From NCBI GenBank assembly GCA_964016885.1, contig OZ024743.1, positions 57,102,001 to 57,166,000 of the forward strand: a DNA stretch of 64,000 nt. Direction: 5' to 3'. Origin of the DNA: Eledone cirrhosa (taxonomy: Eukaryota). Made by a program: the position numbers and the translations under genes. The notes beneath the pieces were generated by a model. That model was not told the origin of the DNA, made no database searches, and worked only from the letters and a program-made list of their open reading frames with translations. Shown here in pieces: positions 62,191 through 64,000 of the stretch (positions within the stretch are counted from its first letter, which is position 1; the number at the start of each line of letters is the position of its first letter).

Positions 62191-62283
62191 CACAAGTCTG
62201 ATGATCTATCAATTTCAGAGTCGGGCGCGATCACCAGCGATCGTACATTGAGCTGATCGACCACGAAACGCACGTCACGTGTG
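62191..62283 (+). ncRNA. Candidate type I hammerhead with long stem II insert
   Basis: CACAAGT-CTGATGA-(60 nt)-GAAAC-GCAC-GTC-ACGTGTG; canonical core and GUC triplet. Confidence 0.5.
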
Positions 62284-62324
62284 AATAAACATAATGATGA
62301 TTCTTCGTTTCTGCTCATTATTGT

Positions 62325-62533
62325 TATTGGCAGCATTGGTAGAGCGTTGGACACCATGTTTTGTAGCATAGTATTATGGCTCATTACGTTCTGATTTCAA
62401 ATCCCGCCGAGGTTAGCTTTGCCTTTCATCCTTACGGGGTCGATAAAATAAAGTACCAGTAACACACTGGGATCGATTTAATTGACTTTCCCTTCCCTTC
62501 AAATTGCTGGCCTTGTGCCTAAATCAGAAATTA
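62325..62533 (+). mobile_element. SINE family A copy
   Basis: Match to the family A copies in this window. Confidence 0.9.
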
Positions 62534-62889
62534 TTATGATTATTACACTCTGCTTCTTAAGGATACCGACTATGGTGAAATACCAAACGTTCCCATATTA
62601 ACATTGAGTGCTCAAACTGGTGAATCAATAGTTACTAAACGTTACAAACGAATATACTATATATATATATAGGGTATATTTGAAAGAATCGGAGCCCGAC
62701 AGCTGAGCTTTTGCCGTTTCAACAGTCAGTTCCACACTCTGTTGAAACGAGAAGAGCTCAGCCATATATATATATTATATGTATGTACGTAAATGGTAAA
62801 CAGAAATAATAACACAATCGGTACAGTATATGGAAGGGATATATAAGGTTAATGCTTCATATAGCAGGAAAAGGTTCTTAAAGTTTCGG

Positions 62890-62934
<45 letters not shown>

Positions 62935-63204
62935 AAGATGAGATTCTTTCTGTTTTATGTGGAAAAAGTGGCTCGAATTGGTGGGTTTTAAACAAAAAAG
63001 TAATTTGGTTGGTTGATGACTGTCACGATAATAAGTACCATAAATTTCGCGCCAGTTTATGTTCCAAATTCTTATTGTATTTGCCTTAAAAAATGTGGCT
63101 CAACAATTTGAGACAAACCATAATTTTACATTTGAAAAGCATAAGAACTGTACCGGTAAAGGAAATAAATAAATACTTTTAAAAAGACTCGAGCTGTCGA
63201 CTGT

Positions 63205-63390
<186 letters not shown>

Positions 63391-63398
63391 ATGTATAT

Positions 63399-63829
63399 AC
63401 TAGACCTGAAAAATACGCAAGCTCAAAAGAGCCACAGAATGTTACCTTCAAAAGTGTGGGACTAGAGTTGTTGCTAAAAAATATTGTAATCATTATCTAT
63501 CGTACACTCTGTGGCATCCTTTTATAAAAAAGAGACTCATAACGAACTCAAGACGATACGATAATTACTTAAGCTAATGTTCAATATCTCATAGATGTTT
63601 AGTAATGATTAATACGAAATGCACTTAAACCGAATATTATAAATTCACTTAAATAATTATCGTGTCGTCTTGAGTTCGTTATAAGTCTCTTTTTTATAAA
63701 AGGATGCCACAGAGTGTACGATAGATAATGATTACAATATTTTTGAGCAACAACTCTAGTCCCACACGTTTGAAGGTTTATTATAACATTCTGTGGCTCT
63801 TTTGAGCTTGCGCATTTTTCAGGTTTAGT
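63399..63829. repeat. Long inverted repeat (about 175-bp arms, 74-bp spacer) adjoining a TA/GT microsatellite
   Basis: 63399-63573 is the near-identical reverse complement of 63648-63829. Confidence 0.9.
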
Positions 63830-64000
63830 TTAATATTTTTTTAAGGCTTTAACGCTTGTAATAACTCTAGTTAAACATGATATATATTAATAATAAATTA
63901 TCGTTGTAATGTAATTAGATTATATAATTGTTATTTTATAAATGATCTTATAAATATTATTGTAAGATGTATAAAAATATTTTCAGACTTTTAATATAAA

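Noticed and set aside
63405-63435. Possible decayed hammerhead CTGAAAA...GCAA...AAAA in the 63.4-kb arms
   Set aside because: Too many core mismatches in both arms to support a call

Overview
Eukaryotic, very AT-rich, repeat-saturated window. The SINE families and huge (TA)n tracts suggest an octopus genome (inference). I find no convincing host protein-coding exon; almost all ORFs in the supplied track are microsatellite artefacts. About 18 kb (within 19.2-42 kb) is interrupted (TA)n array with a 200-N gap. Inside it sits an apparently intact CR1/L2-group LINE (about 28.3-32.9 kb). Its ORF1 has a Myb/SANT-like trihelix domain and a CCCH finger. ORF2 (APE+RT) overlaps ORF1 in the -1 frame, has no AUG upstream of the first APE motif, and the overlap contains an in-phase U UUU UUA slippery site followed by a hairpin. 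This is a candidate programmed -1 ribosomal frameshift in a non-LTR element. The window also holds two decayed Penelope-like elements with inverted terminal arms (a Naiad-type at 13.0-16.4 kb and a frameshifted one at 50.4-51.7 kb missed by the ORF track). Type I hammerhead ribozyme folds occur at several loci, with one fully canonical core at 23759-23803. A series of short fold-back elements shares the layout microsatellite - inverted arm - arm - tail - (TA)n. Other content: HERO-like and RTE-like LINE remnants, a mariner MITE, many tRNA-derived SINEs, minisatellites and a possible CpG-rich promoter near 45.6 kb.
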